NCBI GenBank assembly: GCA_025999155.1
Contig: AP026679.1
Location: 514,135-578,134, forward strand
Source of the DNA: Candidatus Dojkabacteria bacterium
GTDB lineage: Bacteria; Patescibacteriota; Dojkabacteria; JAOAGR01
Direction of reading: 5' to 3'
DNA: 64,000 nucleotides
Below the pieces are notes generated by a model. That model saw only the letters and a list, made by a program, of their open reading frames with translations. It did not search any database and was not told the DNA's origin. Positions 20,103 through 29,090 of this stretch are shown piece after piece (the stretch's first letter is position 1; each line of letters opens with the position of its first letter). A program made the translations under genes and the position numbers.

Positions 20103-20395
20103 ACCGAGTTGTAATTTCAGAAATCCACTTGTGTCTGTTTATATGATTCATATAGACTGTATGTATACCGTAAGCCAAGCTGACCATCATACAATACGTA
20201 GTATGGGGTTTTGAAAGAATGAGGTCACTATTAGTTTTTATCCTGTTATATTCGTCATATATCACACCCGCATCTAAATAGTTCAGTAAATATGCGCTAG
20301 TATGACAAGTAATACGCTTAATGCAGTACATATACCGAACAAATAGCTTGTTTGTGAGGGACCCTTTGTTTTGCTTTTGGATCGGGAAGGTTTGG

Positions 20396-20650
20396 CTAAA
20401 AAATAGTAGCCCCCCAATAGACATCAATAGTGCCGAGACGTTCGCTATTCTGTTGTACAAAAAAGCCTCGCTCTCGGCTCGTTGTTATTTGAAAAAGGTA
20501 GTTCGATGTTGCCCAGAGTACAACACCTATCAGTATTAAAAAGACCTGTATAGAGTAAGGAGTCGACCTACGCTTTACTAACAAATAAAAACCGCTTATA
20601 CAACCGATAGTTATGACAATAAATAGGAATATAACCGTTAATGTCTCCAC
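20396..20650 (-). CDS. Possible small 2-TM membrane protein (GTG start)
   Basis: An 84-aa ORF with two hydrophobic helices lying between the 380-aa unknown gene and the histidine kinase on the same strand. It starts with GTG and competes with the overlapping ORF 20080..20460. Confidence 0.25.
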   Translation of the reverse strand: METLTVIFLFIVITIGCISGFYLLVKRRSTPYSIQVFLILIGVVLWATSNYLFQITTSRERGFFVQQNSERLGTIDVYWGATIF

Positions 20651-20744
20651 AAGATAAATATATCATTTTTCTTCATTTACTCAAAAAACTTCTATATTAA
20701 AAAAAACTATATTTATATAATTTACAATAGGCTTTAAAAAAGCT

Positions 20745-21887
20745 TTATGTCTCAATAAGTTCGTTCATGTTAGTTAAATTTGAATTAAATGCTATAGCGA
20801 CTGGACTTCCTGTTAATGTCTTGAAATCTTGTAGACCTTTCGCTAGCTTCCGTATTGCGCCCCATCTTACCATTTGTGTAACGGGAATTCGTATGATATT
20901 ACTTAATGCTTGTAGTAATTTCGCCCTAGTATGTACTTTTGTACTTCCTGGTTGTGGTATAGTTTGTATAGTAGTAAACAAATTCGTGCTGAAACTTTTT
21001 AACCACAGATAAAATCCTAAAAATCGGTCATGTAAGATTACAGATTTTAGAAATGTGTTGCGCATACCAGGTGCTAAATCACTCTCGGCTAGACCTCTAG
21101 CCAATTCTCTGTACATTGCCGCCAGTTCCTTATCACCTGAATTGCGAAATATTAGAGAAAGAGTGTGGGCAATACCAGCATTTGAAGCCTCAGCTATCCA
21201 TGCACTATCGCTAACCAATGTACCAGTAGTTTCATCCTTCTTCTCCATGCGTACCCCGCAAGTATTAATCTTGTATCTTTTCACGAGGTGTGGTCCTAAT
21301 ACAGCTTGTAAAGCTTTAACCAAGCTGTAACCTGATACTCCTACAGATTTTGGTACGAATGGGTGTTTTTTACTAGCTTCATGTATAACACCACATCCAA
21401 ATGCAATTAATAGCAAAGCTCGTGCCACTTCTTTAGGAAGGCGAGGATTGCGTCCGCTAAAGGTTAGTACTCTATCAACATATACTCGGTTGTCAGTCTG
21501 TTTCATATATGGCAAAAGAGATGTGTATTCAATCCGACCATTATCTTCGACAACAAATCCTGCTAATATAGATTTGTTTGGATCTTCCGAAATACGCATG
21601 GTAGCAAATGGATACTCACCACCTGTACTGATAACAATATGTCTTGCTGGATCATCAATTCCAGGGATATAATCTGTTTCTGGGAAGACACAGCTGTTTA
21701 TGACTTCTTCATCTACTTTATCTCCTATAGATAGATATGGATTAGATTCTTTCATGGCTTTTGGGTTCACGATCCAATATGTCTTATCACGTCGTCCAAG
21801 CCTCTCGATAGCCTCCATTCTCGCTTCAGCTAAAGTTTTTTGGGCATTTCCATCGGGATTTCCCGAGCCACTACCACCGAAATGCAT
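20745..21887 (-). CDS. Hypothetical protein, no recognisable family; locally elevated GC
   Basis: A clean 380-aa ORF. The opposite strand is broken into ORFs of 90 aa or less. It begins with a Gly/Ser-rich segment (MHFGGSGSGNPDG). I recognise no catalytic or binding motif. Confidence 0.6.
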   Translation of the reverse strand: MHFGGSGSGNPDGNAQKTLAEARMEAIERLGRRDKTYWIVNPKAMKESNPYLSIGDKVDEEVINSCVFPETDYIPGIDDPARHIVISTGGEYPFATMRISEDPNKSILAGFVVEDNGRIEYTSLLPYMKQTDNRVYVDRVLTFSGRNPRLPKEVARALLLIAFGCGVIHEASKKHPFVPKSVGVSGYSLVKALQAVLGPHLVKRYKINTCGVRMEKKDETTGTLVSDSAWIAEASNAGIAHTLSLIFRNSGDKELAAMYRELARGLAESDLAPGMRNTFLKSVILHDRFLGFYLWLKSFSTNLFTTIQTIPQPGSTKVHTRAKLLQALSNIIRIPVTQMVRWGAIRKLAKGLQDFKTLTGSPVAIAFNSNLTNMNELIET

Positions 21888-22094
21888 TGGTGTAAGAGGA
21901 TCTACAGGACAAATATTTATGACTGCTTGATTTGTGTTTTGGTTTTCTTGTTGCTACCATCCTATTGACCAGCTATAGTATACACTATCATTGGCTTTAC
22001 ATTTATATATAATTAATATAGATGCGTGATTTCTGTATTTTCATTTTCACAACGAAAGATTTGCGTGAATTAGATATACTTTCTATTATTTACC

Positions 22095-25000
22095 ATGTTT
22101 GTTCATTTGCGGGTACACTCTGACAACTCTATTCTTAATGGTGTCATGAAGATTGACAAAATTGTGAAGAAAGCAAAAGAATTTGGTATGCCCGCTATTG
22201 CGATAACCGATATTTGTGCCATGTATGGTACGGTGAGTTTCTGGCAAAAATGTAATAACGAAGGTATCAAACCGATATTTGGCGTAGAAGTTAATTTGGC
22301 ACCTCGAACACGACATGATAAAGAAGCAAAGCTTGATGAAAAAACAACATCTCTTGTATTACTAGCAAAAAATCTTACTGGTTATCAGAATCTTATAAAA
22401 ATAGTTTCTATAAGTCATTTAGAAGGCTTTTATTATAAACCACGAATCGATTATGAAGTTTTAGAAAAGTATCATGAGGGACTGATTCTGCTCTCCGGTG
22501 GTATATCCGGTAATATAGCGAAAAATCTTTATTTAGGTAATTCTGAGGAAGCATATGCCATCGCACAAAAATATAAATCAATCTTTGGAGATGATTTTTA
22601 TTTAGAAGTCACTAGATTAGGCACCCATATGGAGGAAGTTATAGAGCCGAAAGTGCTTCAAATGTCAAAAGATCTTGGTATACCTATTGTGGCGACCAAT
22701 GATGTGTATTATGAGAAACAGGAAGACTGTGAAGTCAGGGAAGTACTTTGGTGTATCGATAGCGGTAGACTACTAAGTGATCCATCTCGTAAAAGACCAG
22801 AAACAGACCAACAATATTTTCGTTCTCCTCAAGAAATGATTGAACTTTTTAAAGATTTGCCAGAAGCTATTGAGAATACGTTAAGGATTAACGATGAAAT
22901 AGAAAGTTTTAGTATCAGTTACGGTAAGGTACAGCCAATTTATCCAAAAATTCCAGAAGGTGAGACAGAAGAAACTTATCTCAGAAAGCTTGTTTTTACT
23001 AATGCTAAAAAACGTTTTGGTTATTGGACTGAGAAAGTAGAAAAACAATTAGATTATGAATTAAAAATTATTCATGAAAAAGGTTATGATGGATATTTTC
23101 TTGTGGTATGGGATGCTGCTAATTGGGCGCGTTCCCATGGTATTTCAGTAAGTGCTAGAGGTTCGGCGGCTGGTACAAGTATAGGTTATGCACTAGGTAT
23201 TTCTACCGTCGACCCTCTCAAATGGAATCTTTATTTCGAAAGGTTTTTAAATCCGGAACGAAAATCTCTTCCTGATATTGATTTAGACATTGCAGATAAC
23301 CAAAGAGATGAATTAGTTAATTACATAAAACAAACTTATGGGGAAAATTGTGTTGTGAATGTAGGTGCTTTAGGTAAATTAACCACTCGTGCAGCTATAC
23401 GTGATGTAGGAAGAGTTTTAGGTATTGATCTAAGAACAACAGATCAATTATCTAAACTTGTACCTGTTCAATTTGGTCGTGTTTTGGGTATAAAACCTAT
23501 GTTAAGTGATGAATTAGCTGATAAAGAACTGAAAATTGTTGAAGCGCACAGAGAAAAAGTCGAAGAATTCAGACGAATACTAAAGGAAGATGGTAACGAC
23601 CTTCAGGACATCAAGTACTGCGCACAATGTAAACAAATATTATTCGGTACAGATCTTGAAAAATGTAAAAATTGTGGAAATGCATTGAAAGTAGTGGCTC
23701 AGGCATCTAGCAGATTTACGAAACTTTTATATTACGTGTACAAAATCGAAGGATGTGTTAGGAATGTATCTACTCACGCATGCGGATATTTAATTACGTC
23801 ACCTCAACCTATAGTCGATTATTGCCCTTTACAAAAAGAGTCAGGCAGTCGTGAGAGAATAATTACCCAATTTGAAGGTAAATATTTGGAAGAAATTGGC
23901 CTGATGAAATTCGATTTTCTGGGGGTAGCGAATCTATCGATTATTGATAATACCGTCAACTTAGTAAAGAAATATAAAAATATTGATATCGATATTTATA
24001 ATCTCGATGAAAATGACCAAAAGACCTATGACTTGTTATGCAAAGCGGACACTACCGCAGTATTCCAACTGGAAAGTGCCGGGATGAAGAAATATCTAAG
24101 GGAGCTGCAGCCGCGCAATCTGGAAGAAATCTCTGCTTTATTGGCTTTATATCGTCCTGGTCCTTTGCAGTATATACCAACATATATCAATCGTAAATTT
24201 GGGCGCGAAGAGACTACGTATTTGATTCCAGAGCTTGAAGATATTATGAAGATTACTTATGGTCTGCCTGTATATCAAGAGCAAATACTGCAAATAGCAC
24301 ATCATCTTGCTGGCTATACACTTGGTGAGGCAGATAATTTGCGACGTGCAATGGGTAAAAAATTACCTGCAGTCATGGCTGAAGAAGAGCAGAAGTTCAA
24401 GGCTGGTTTTATGAAAAATTATCCACATTACGGTCAAGAGATTGCCGATAAATTATGGGAGTATGCTTTACCTTTTGCTGATTATGGCTTCAATAAATCT
24501 CATACTGCAGCATACGCCTTAATCTCTTTTCAGACGGCTTACTTAAAAGCTAATTATCCTACGGAGTTTTTTACCGCATTGATGCTGGCCGATATTGAAA
24601 AGCTTGATAAGTTAAAAAGGGATATTGTTGATGCTCAGATGCATGGTATCAAGCTTTTACCTCCAAATATCAATAAATCTGATGCTTTTTTTACAATAGA
24701 AGGAGATGGAATTATACGTTTTGGAATTGGTGGTTTAAAAGGAGTTGGACTCAAAACTATACAACATATTGTTGATGAAAGGGTAAAAAATGGTGAATTT
24801 AAATCTCTTGATGATTTATGTTACCGCATTGATCATAAAGTAGTACCAAAAGGGGCAATAGAGGCGCTGATTAAAATCGGTGCGATGGATGATTTCGGCT
24901 CACGAGCTGGCTTGCTCAAAATTTATAACGATGTATACACAAAAGCACAAAAATCTAAATCTGCTCAATCTACTGGGGCAGTAGATATGTTTAGTTTGGA

Positions 25001-25835
25001 TAATGCTGGTTATACTCTGGCAGCAACAAAAATTCCTGATATACCTGAAGTAGACAATAATCAAAAGAGAGTATGGGAAAAAGACATACTAGGTGTTGCT
25101 TTGACTCCTGATTTACTAGATCAGATAGATTCATACTTACGAGAAAAAGGGTACAAATTGATTCATAACCTGCAAGACATAAACAGTTACAGCACAAAGT
25201 TGGTTAAGCTTTTTGGTTTGGTTACGGCGGTTAATGAAATTACTACAAAGAAAGGTGACTTAATGAGCTTTGTGAAGTTAAAAGATTCTACAGGTGAGAT
25301 ATCGGTGACCGTCTTTCCAAAGGTCTATGAGAAATGCAAAGACTTAAAAGATGGAGTCTACATTCATGTGCAAGGCAAAATACAAAGACGTAAGGAAGAT
25401 CCTGAAATAATTGCAGATGATATAAAAATTTATACTCCTGAGGATCTTCAGAGTATCATAGTAAAGTTAAATAAAAAAATTTCAAATTTGGCACAACAAA
25501 ATCAGCAAGTATACAACACTTCGAATGAAGTAATAACAGAAATTTCACAGTCTCAGAATATTCACATTGGTGCAGAAGAGAAGACAAAAATCCCAAGCAG
25601 CCCAGAGGTAAATTGTATAAGTAGCATAGAAATAAAGCTCAAGAATAATGTAAAACTAGAGTCTTTAGAATCATTTAGTCATTATTTGAGATCTATGGTT
25701 GATGATGACGGTGTAGAAGTATATTTGCACATACCTAGTCACCATACCGTCCGCACAATTAAGCTTGATGGTAAGTATAGTCCTAACGTAAAAGATTATC
25801 AGGGAGATATTATTGAAGATATTGTTGTAAAATAG
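22095..25835 (+). CDS. dnaE: DNA polymerase III alpha subunit
   Basis: 1246 aa. The N-terminal PHP domain reads MFVHLRVHSDNSILNGVMKIDKIVKKAKEFGMPAIAITD. Polymerase-domain motifs include GLMKFDFLGV and PDIDLDI. Confidence 0.9.
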   Translation: MFVHLRVHSDNSILNGVMKIDKIVKKAKEFGMPAIAITDICAMYGTVSFWQKCNNEGIKPIFGVEVNLAPRTRHDKEAKLDEKTTSLVLLAKNLTGYQNLIKIVSISHLEGFYYKPRIDYEVLEKYHEGLILLSGGISGNIAKNLYLGNSEEAYAIAQKYKSIFGDDFYLEVTRLGTHMEEVIEPKVLQMSKDLGIPIVATNDVYYEKQEDCEVREVLWCIDSGRLLSDPSRKRPETDQQYFRSPQEMIELFKDLPEAIENTLRINDEIESFSISYGKVQPIYPKIPEGETEETYLRKLVFTNAKKRFGYWTEKVEKQLDYELKIIHEKGYDGYFLVVWDAANWARSHGISVSARGSAAGTSIGYALGISTVDPLKWNLYFERFLNPERKSLPDIDLDIADNQRDELVNYIKQTYGENCVVNVGALGKLTTRAAIRDVGRVLGIDLRTTDQLSKLVPVQFGRVLGIKPMLSDELADKELKIVEAHREKVEEFRRILKEDGNDLQDIKYCAQCKQILFGTDLEKCKNCGNALKVVAQASSRFTKLLYYVYKIEGCVRNVSTHACGYLITSPQPIVDYCPLQKESGSRERIITQFEGKYLEEIGLMKFDFLGVANLSIIDNTVNLVKKYKNIDIDIYNLDENDQKTYDLLCKADTTAVFQLESAGMKKYLRELQPRNLEEISALLALYRPGPLQYIPTYINRKFGREETTYLIPELEDIMKITYGLPVYQEQILQIAHHLAGYTLGEADNLRRAMGKKLPAVMAEEEQKFKAGFMKNYPHYGQEIADKLWEYALPFADYGFNKSHTAAYALISFQTAYLKANYPTEFFTALMLADIEKLDKLKRDIVDAQMHGIKLLPPNINKSDAFFTIEGDGIIRFGIGGLKGVGLKTIQHIVDERVKNGEFKSLDDLCYRIDHKVVPKGAIEALIKIGAMDDFGSRAGLLKIYNDVYTKAQKSKSAQSTGAVDMFSLDNAGYTLAATKIPDIPEVDNNQKRVWEKDILGVALTPDLLDQIDSYLREKGYKLIHNLQDINSYSTKLVKLFGLVTAVNEITTKKGDLMSFVKLKDSTGEISVTVFPKVYEKCKDLKDGVYIHVQGKIQRRKEDPEIIADDIKIYTPEDLQSIIVKLNKKISNLAQQNQQVYNTSNEVITEISQSQNIHIGAEEKTKIPSSPEVNCISSIEIKLKNNVKLESLESFSHYLRSMVDDDGVEVYLHIPSHHTVRTIKLDGKYSPNVKDYQGDIIEDIVVK

Positions 25836-26034
25836 GGGAAAAAAGACTCATCAATAATACCCTTAACTATATTTAGGTTTTCTAATAAAGATTTCTTAGT
25901 AAAGATTTCTTGGCGATCAAAATTTGTATATAGAAAATTTTATTTTATGCAATCCATAATTTAAATATGCAGAGTCGAGATAAAAATTGACCCATAAAAG
26001 AATATGTTTTATAATATCTTATATAATCTAATAT

Positions 26035-27552
26035 ATGAACATATCAGAATTCCGAAATAAAGTAGAAAGCTCTACCAACGTCCTTTTAGTGCTGCCTTAT
26101 TTGGTAGATCCGGATAGTATTGCAACAGCTTCTTTGTTGTACAGGTTTTTAATCTCTAAGGGGAAAAAAGTAGATATTGCGGCCGAGAAAGTACCTGTAA
26201 CTATATTCAATAACATATTTTCATTGGCTGGTATTGAGGCTACCAAAATATTAAACAAAATTAGTCCTATACGTTATGTGATTAGTGTATCCAATGTAAG
26301 TGATAAAACTAGTATCGACTGGGAGCGAAGAGCTGATCAATTAGATATTAAACTTACTCCAGATGCCGGCATTGTTGATTTTGAAAGTATTACTTATTCG
26401 CGAGAAGGAGGTATTTATGATCTAGTCATTACTATAAATGTGGGTAGGTTATCTGACCTGGGCGAAATTTATACTTCTATACCAAAAAAATTTGAGGAAT
26501 ATGAAATAGTGTCTATTGGAGGAAATTTGAATCTAGAGGGTAGGGCAATAGTGTCCTTATCTCAAGATCTATGGATGTCTACAGAGCTTTTATATAATTA
26601 CGCAAATGATTTGGATCTTGAGATAGATCAAGCTAACGCCTCCATCATATTACACGGGATTATAGGGCAGACGCATGGTCTACAAAAAGTGTATAGTAAT
26701 AACACTTTTGCTATAGTGACAGATATCGCCAATAAATATCAATTAGATTTATCAACAATTATTAAGCAGTATTTTGCATCTGTTGGCATCGATAATGTAA
26801 GGGTGCAGGAGAAGATTCTAAATAATTTGAAATTTGATGAATCACGAAAGACAGTATATTCATATTTGACTAATCGGGATTTAGCTCAGTTAGGTATTTC
26901 TTTTAGTAACTTTGATTATAATTATTACTTACCATTTAGCGTAGATGGTAGAGAATATTATTCATTTATAGTTTTAGAATCAGGACTTTCATCTTTTGTT
27001 TACTTAGTTTCGCCTTTTGAATCCGAAGAATATATTGGGATCGTGAATAGGTCTAATGCTATAAGGAATAAGACTCTTGCATATATTTCTATTGATGCTG
27101 GTGCTATAGATGCTGCTAATCAAGTGCTTGGGGTAATTTCTGGTGGGACAATTTTACAAAGACAACAAGAAGAAAAAAAAGTATTTTCTAATGCATCTTC
27201 AATAACGCAGAACATTGATACTGTATCAGAGGGCTGGGGATATGATGATAATACTAATCAACAACCAATTTCAGCTCCAACAATTCCTTTAAATTCGCCG
27301 AACTCTGCAATATCAAGTAGTTCGGTGGGGGCATATATAATGACGAGTACTAACACTGTTTTTGATCAGGGATCTATTCATTCAACAGAGCATTCTGCTA
27401 ATCAAGGCTCTGCTTATCCTACAGATCCGTCACCCTTCCAGAAAGCAGGAGATTCGCAAATTAATTCTGTTGTATTACATTCATCCAATTTGCATACACA
27501 AACACAACATATGAATCCCTCTGCTCCTCCATTTACGCCAGCTAATACGTGA
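26035..27552 (+). CDS. Hypothetical protein; N-terminal region faintly DHH/NrnA-like but degenerate, C-terminal ~130 aa S/T/N/Q-rich low complexity
   Basis: 505 aa. LVLPYLVDPDSIATASLLY..GKKVDIAAEKVP resembles the NrnA N-terminus (H.NPDGDAIGS) but lacks the DHH motif. The tail reads SAPTIPLNSPNSAISSSSVGA...NSVVLHSSNLHTQTQH. Confidence 0.5.
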   Translation: MNISEFRNKVESSTNVLLVLPYLVDPDSIATASLLYRFLISKGKKVDIAAEKVPVTIFNNIFSLAGIEATKILNKISPIRYVISVSNVSDKTSIDWERRADQLDIKLTPDAGIVDFESITYSREGGIYDLVITINVGRLSDLGEIYTSIPKKFEEYEIVSIGGNLNLEGRAIVSLSQDLWMSTELLYNYANDLDLEIDQANASIILHGIIGQTHGLQKVYSNNTFAIVTDIANKYQLDLSTIIKQYFASVGIDNVRVQEKILNNLKFDESRKTVYSYLTNRDLAQLGISFSNFDYNYYLPFSVDGREYYSFIVLESGLSSFVYLVSPFESEEYIGIVNRSNAIRNKTLAYISIDAGAIDAANQVLGVISGGTILQRQQEEKKVFSNASSITQNIDTVSEGWGYDDNTNQQPISAPTIPLNSPNSAISSSSVGAYIMTSTNTVFDQGSIHSTEHSANQGSAYPTDPSPFQKAGDSQINSVVLHSSNLHTQTQHMNPSAPPFTPANT

Positions 27553-27653
27553 TGCAAAAATGTACAAGTCTCAATCTATTTTTGTCCTTTCTGTTAGTTT
27601 AATTCTGGATCTGTTATATGTGGTATATTAGTTTTGTATCTGAACTTTAGGGT

Positions 27654-28295
27654 TTGTGCTTTGTTAATCACTGCCTAATTATATATTCGTGTCACTCTTT
27701 ACAAACCGTTCAAAAAAGTATATTTTTGACTATATTACAGATGAAGCGTACTGAACAGAAAGACGTGAGGTTGATCTATGATTTGGTTGATGTAGCAATA
27801 TTGCCAGCAGCTTTAATGATTCTTAGTAAGGTCTTATCTATTACGGCCATCAATTATTTTCTTGGTCTTGACTGGAGCGTACGCAGTGTTGCAAACTCTG
27901 TATTCTCGATAGGTCTGGTTTACAATAGTGCTGAAGATGCTGTTTTAGTATCTAGTTATTCTAATCTGTTTATGTTTGTATCGGTTATTGCAGGTTGTAT
28001 GGTTGTAACCGGCAAATCTTTACTTTTAAATCATCGTAGAGCATCTCCTTATTTCGTCTTGAAATTAGCGAAGTATGACTTATTACATCTGTTGAAGTCA
28101 TCATTTCATATATATAAAGAAGCATTTGTCTGGACAACATTCTTAATAATTACTACTGTATATATTTTTGTTTCATTTCTTCTTGGTATGACTTATGGCT
28201 GGGTTGCTACGATGACGCTACTTTTTACTTTGATTTTTATTTGGATTATGGTACAAAATATAGAAGAAGAATTACTTTTTAATAATTACAAATAA
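27654..28295 (+). CDS. Hypothetical polytopic membrane protein
   Basis: About 5 predicted TM helices. The likely true start is the internal Met at 27741 (MKRTEQKD...). No recognised motifs. Confidence 0.5.
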   Translation: MCFVNHCLIIYSCHSLQTVQKSIFLTILQMKRTEQKDVRLIYDLVDVAILPAALMILSKVLSITAINYFLGLDWSVRSVANSVFSIGLVYNSAEDAVLVSSYSNLFMFVSVIAGCMVVTGKSLLLNHRRASPYFVLKLAKYDLLHLLKSSFHIYKEAFVWTTFLIITTVYIFVSFLLGMTYGWVATMTLLFTLIFIWIMVQNIEEELLFNNYK

Positions 28296-28306
28296 TAAGA
28301 TAAAGC

Positions 28307-28945
28307 ATGCAATCGTCCAAATTCATAAAAAAAATAAATCAGATTTTAAATGCTTCTTCAGAGAGCTTTCTGCTTATTGCCTTAATTTCATTATTTGCGT
28401 TCCCTATCGTTATAGCAAAAAGTTTGGAGCCTGTAGTTGCATCCGAAGAGTCTGTAGTTTCGATTCCTACAATTATTCATTATACAGATAAAACGCCTGA
28501 TACAAATGGTCAGTTTGCTTCTACTGCAAACAATGAGTCCCAAAATGTTCTAGGCGCGTTTAATTCTGTTACCATAGATAGGATGTTGACTTTAGATGAA
28601 GAAATTCTGATGTCTTTTGATAGGGTGTATCAAAAGGTTTTACCTGATTTATATGTGCTCTCTGTAGAACAAGCCCCGACATTTAAAAAAGTTAGGCTCT
28701 TTAGTTTAAAGAATGAATTACCAGTAGATAAGAAGTTTTACATAAGCGTAACCGTACCAGATGGTCTAGCAAGTGTAGTGGGTAAGCAAAAGAACGTATA
28801 TATAAACGATAAAAAGTATGTTCTTGGTACTGATGATTTACCAACAGATGGTTTTATTTTAAAGCCGAATGAGGAGATCTCTGTATATATTGAAAGCTCT
28901 CGTACTACTACAACAAAGTTAGTATTTGGAGTAAAAGTAGATTGA
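28307..28945 (+). CDS. Hypothetical secreted/membrane-anchored protein
   Basis: 212 aa. An N-terminal signal-anchor (FLLIALISLFAFPIVIA) is followed by a beta-rich domain. No recognised family. Confidence 0.5.
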   Translation: MQSSKFIKKINQILNASSESFLLIALISLFAFPIVIAKSLEPVVASEESVVSIPTIIHYTDKTPDTNGQFASTANNESQNVLGAFNSVTIDRMLTLDEEILMSFDRVYQKVLPDLYVLSVEQAPTFKKVRLFSLKNELPVDKKFYISVTVPDGLASVVGKQKNVYINDKKYVLGTDDLPTDGFILKPNEEISVYIESSRTTTTKLVFGVKVD

Positions 28946-29090
28946 GTTTTATTTCTTTATAATTTCGATTATTACTTAATTTGTCTTTTTAGTGATTTGT
29001 ATGAGATCAACGCATACTGGTTAAATAATTCATATAGGCGGTAATAGAATAATGAGCTATTAAAAACACAAAATATATGTTCCTATTCAT

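Noticed and set aside
20080-20460. 126-aa minus-strand ORF overlapping both the HK start and the 84-aa ORF
   Set aside because: It has an implausible composition and overlaps two other ORFs. It is kept only as an alternative to the 84-aa 2-TM ORF, and neither is well supported.
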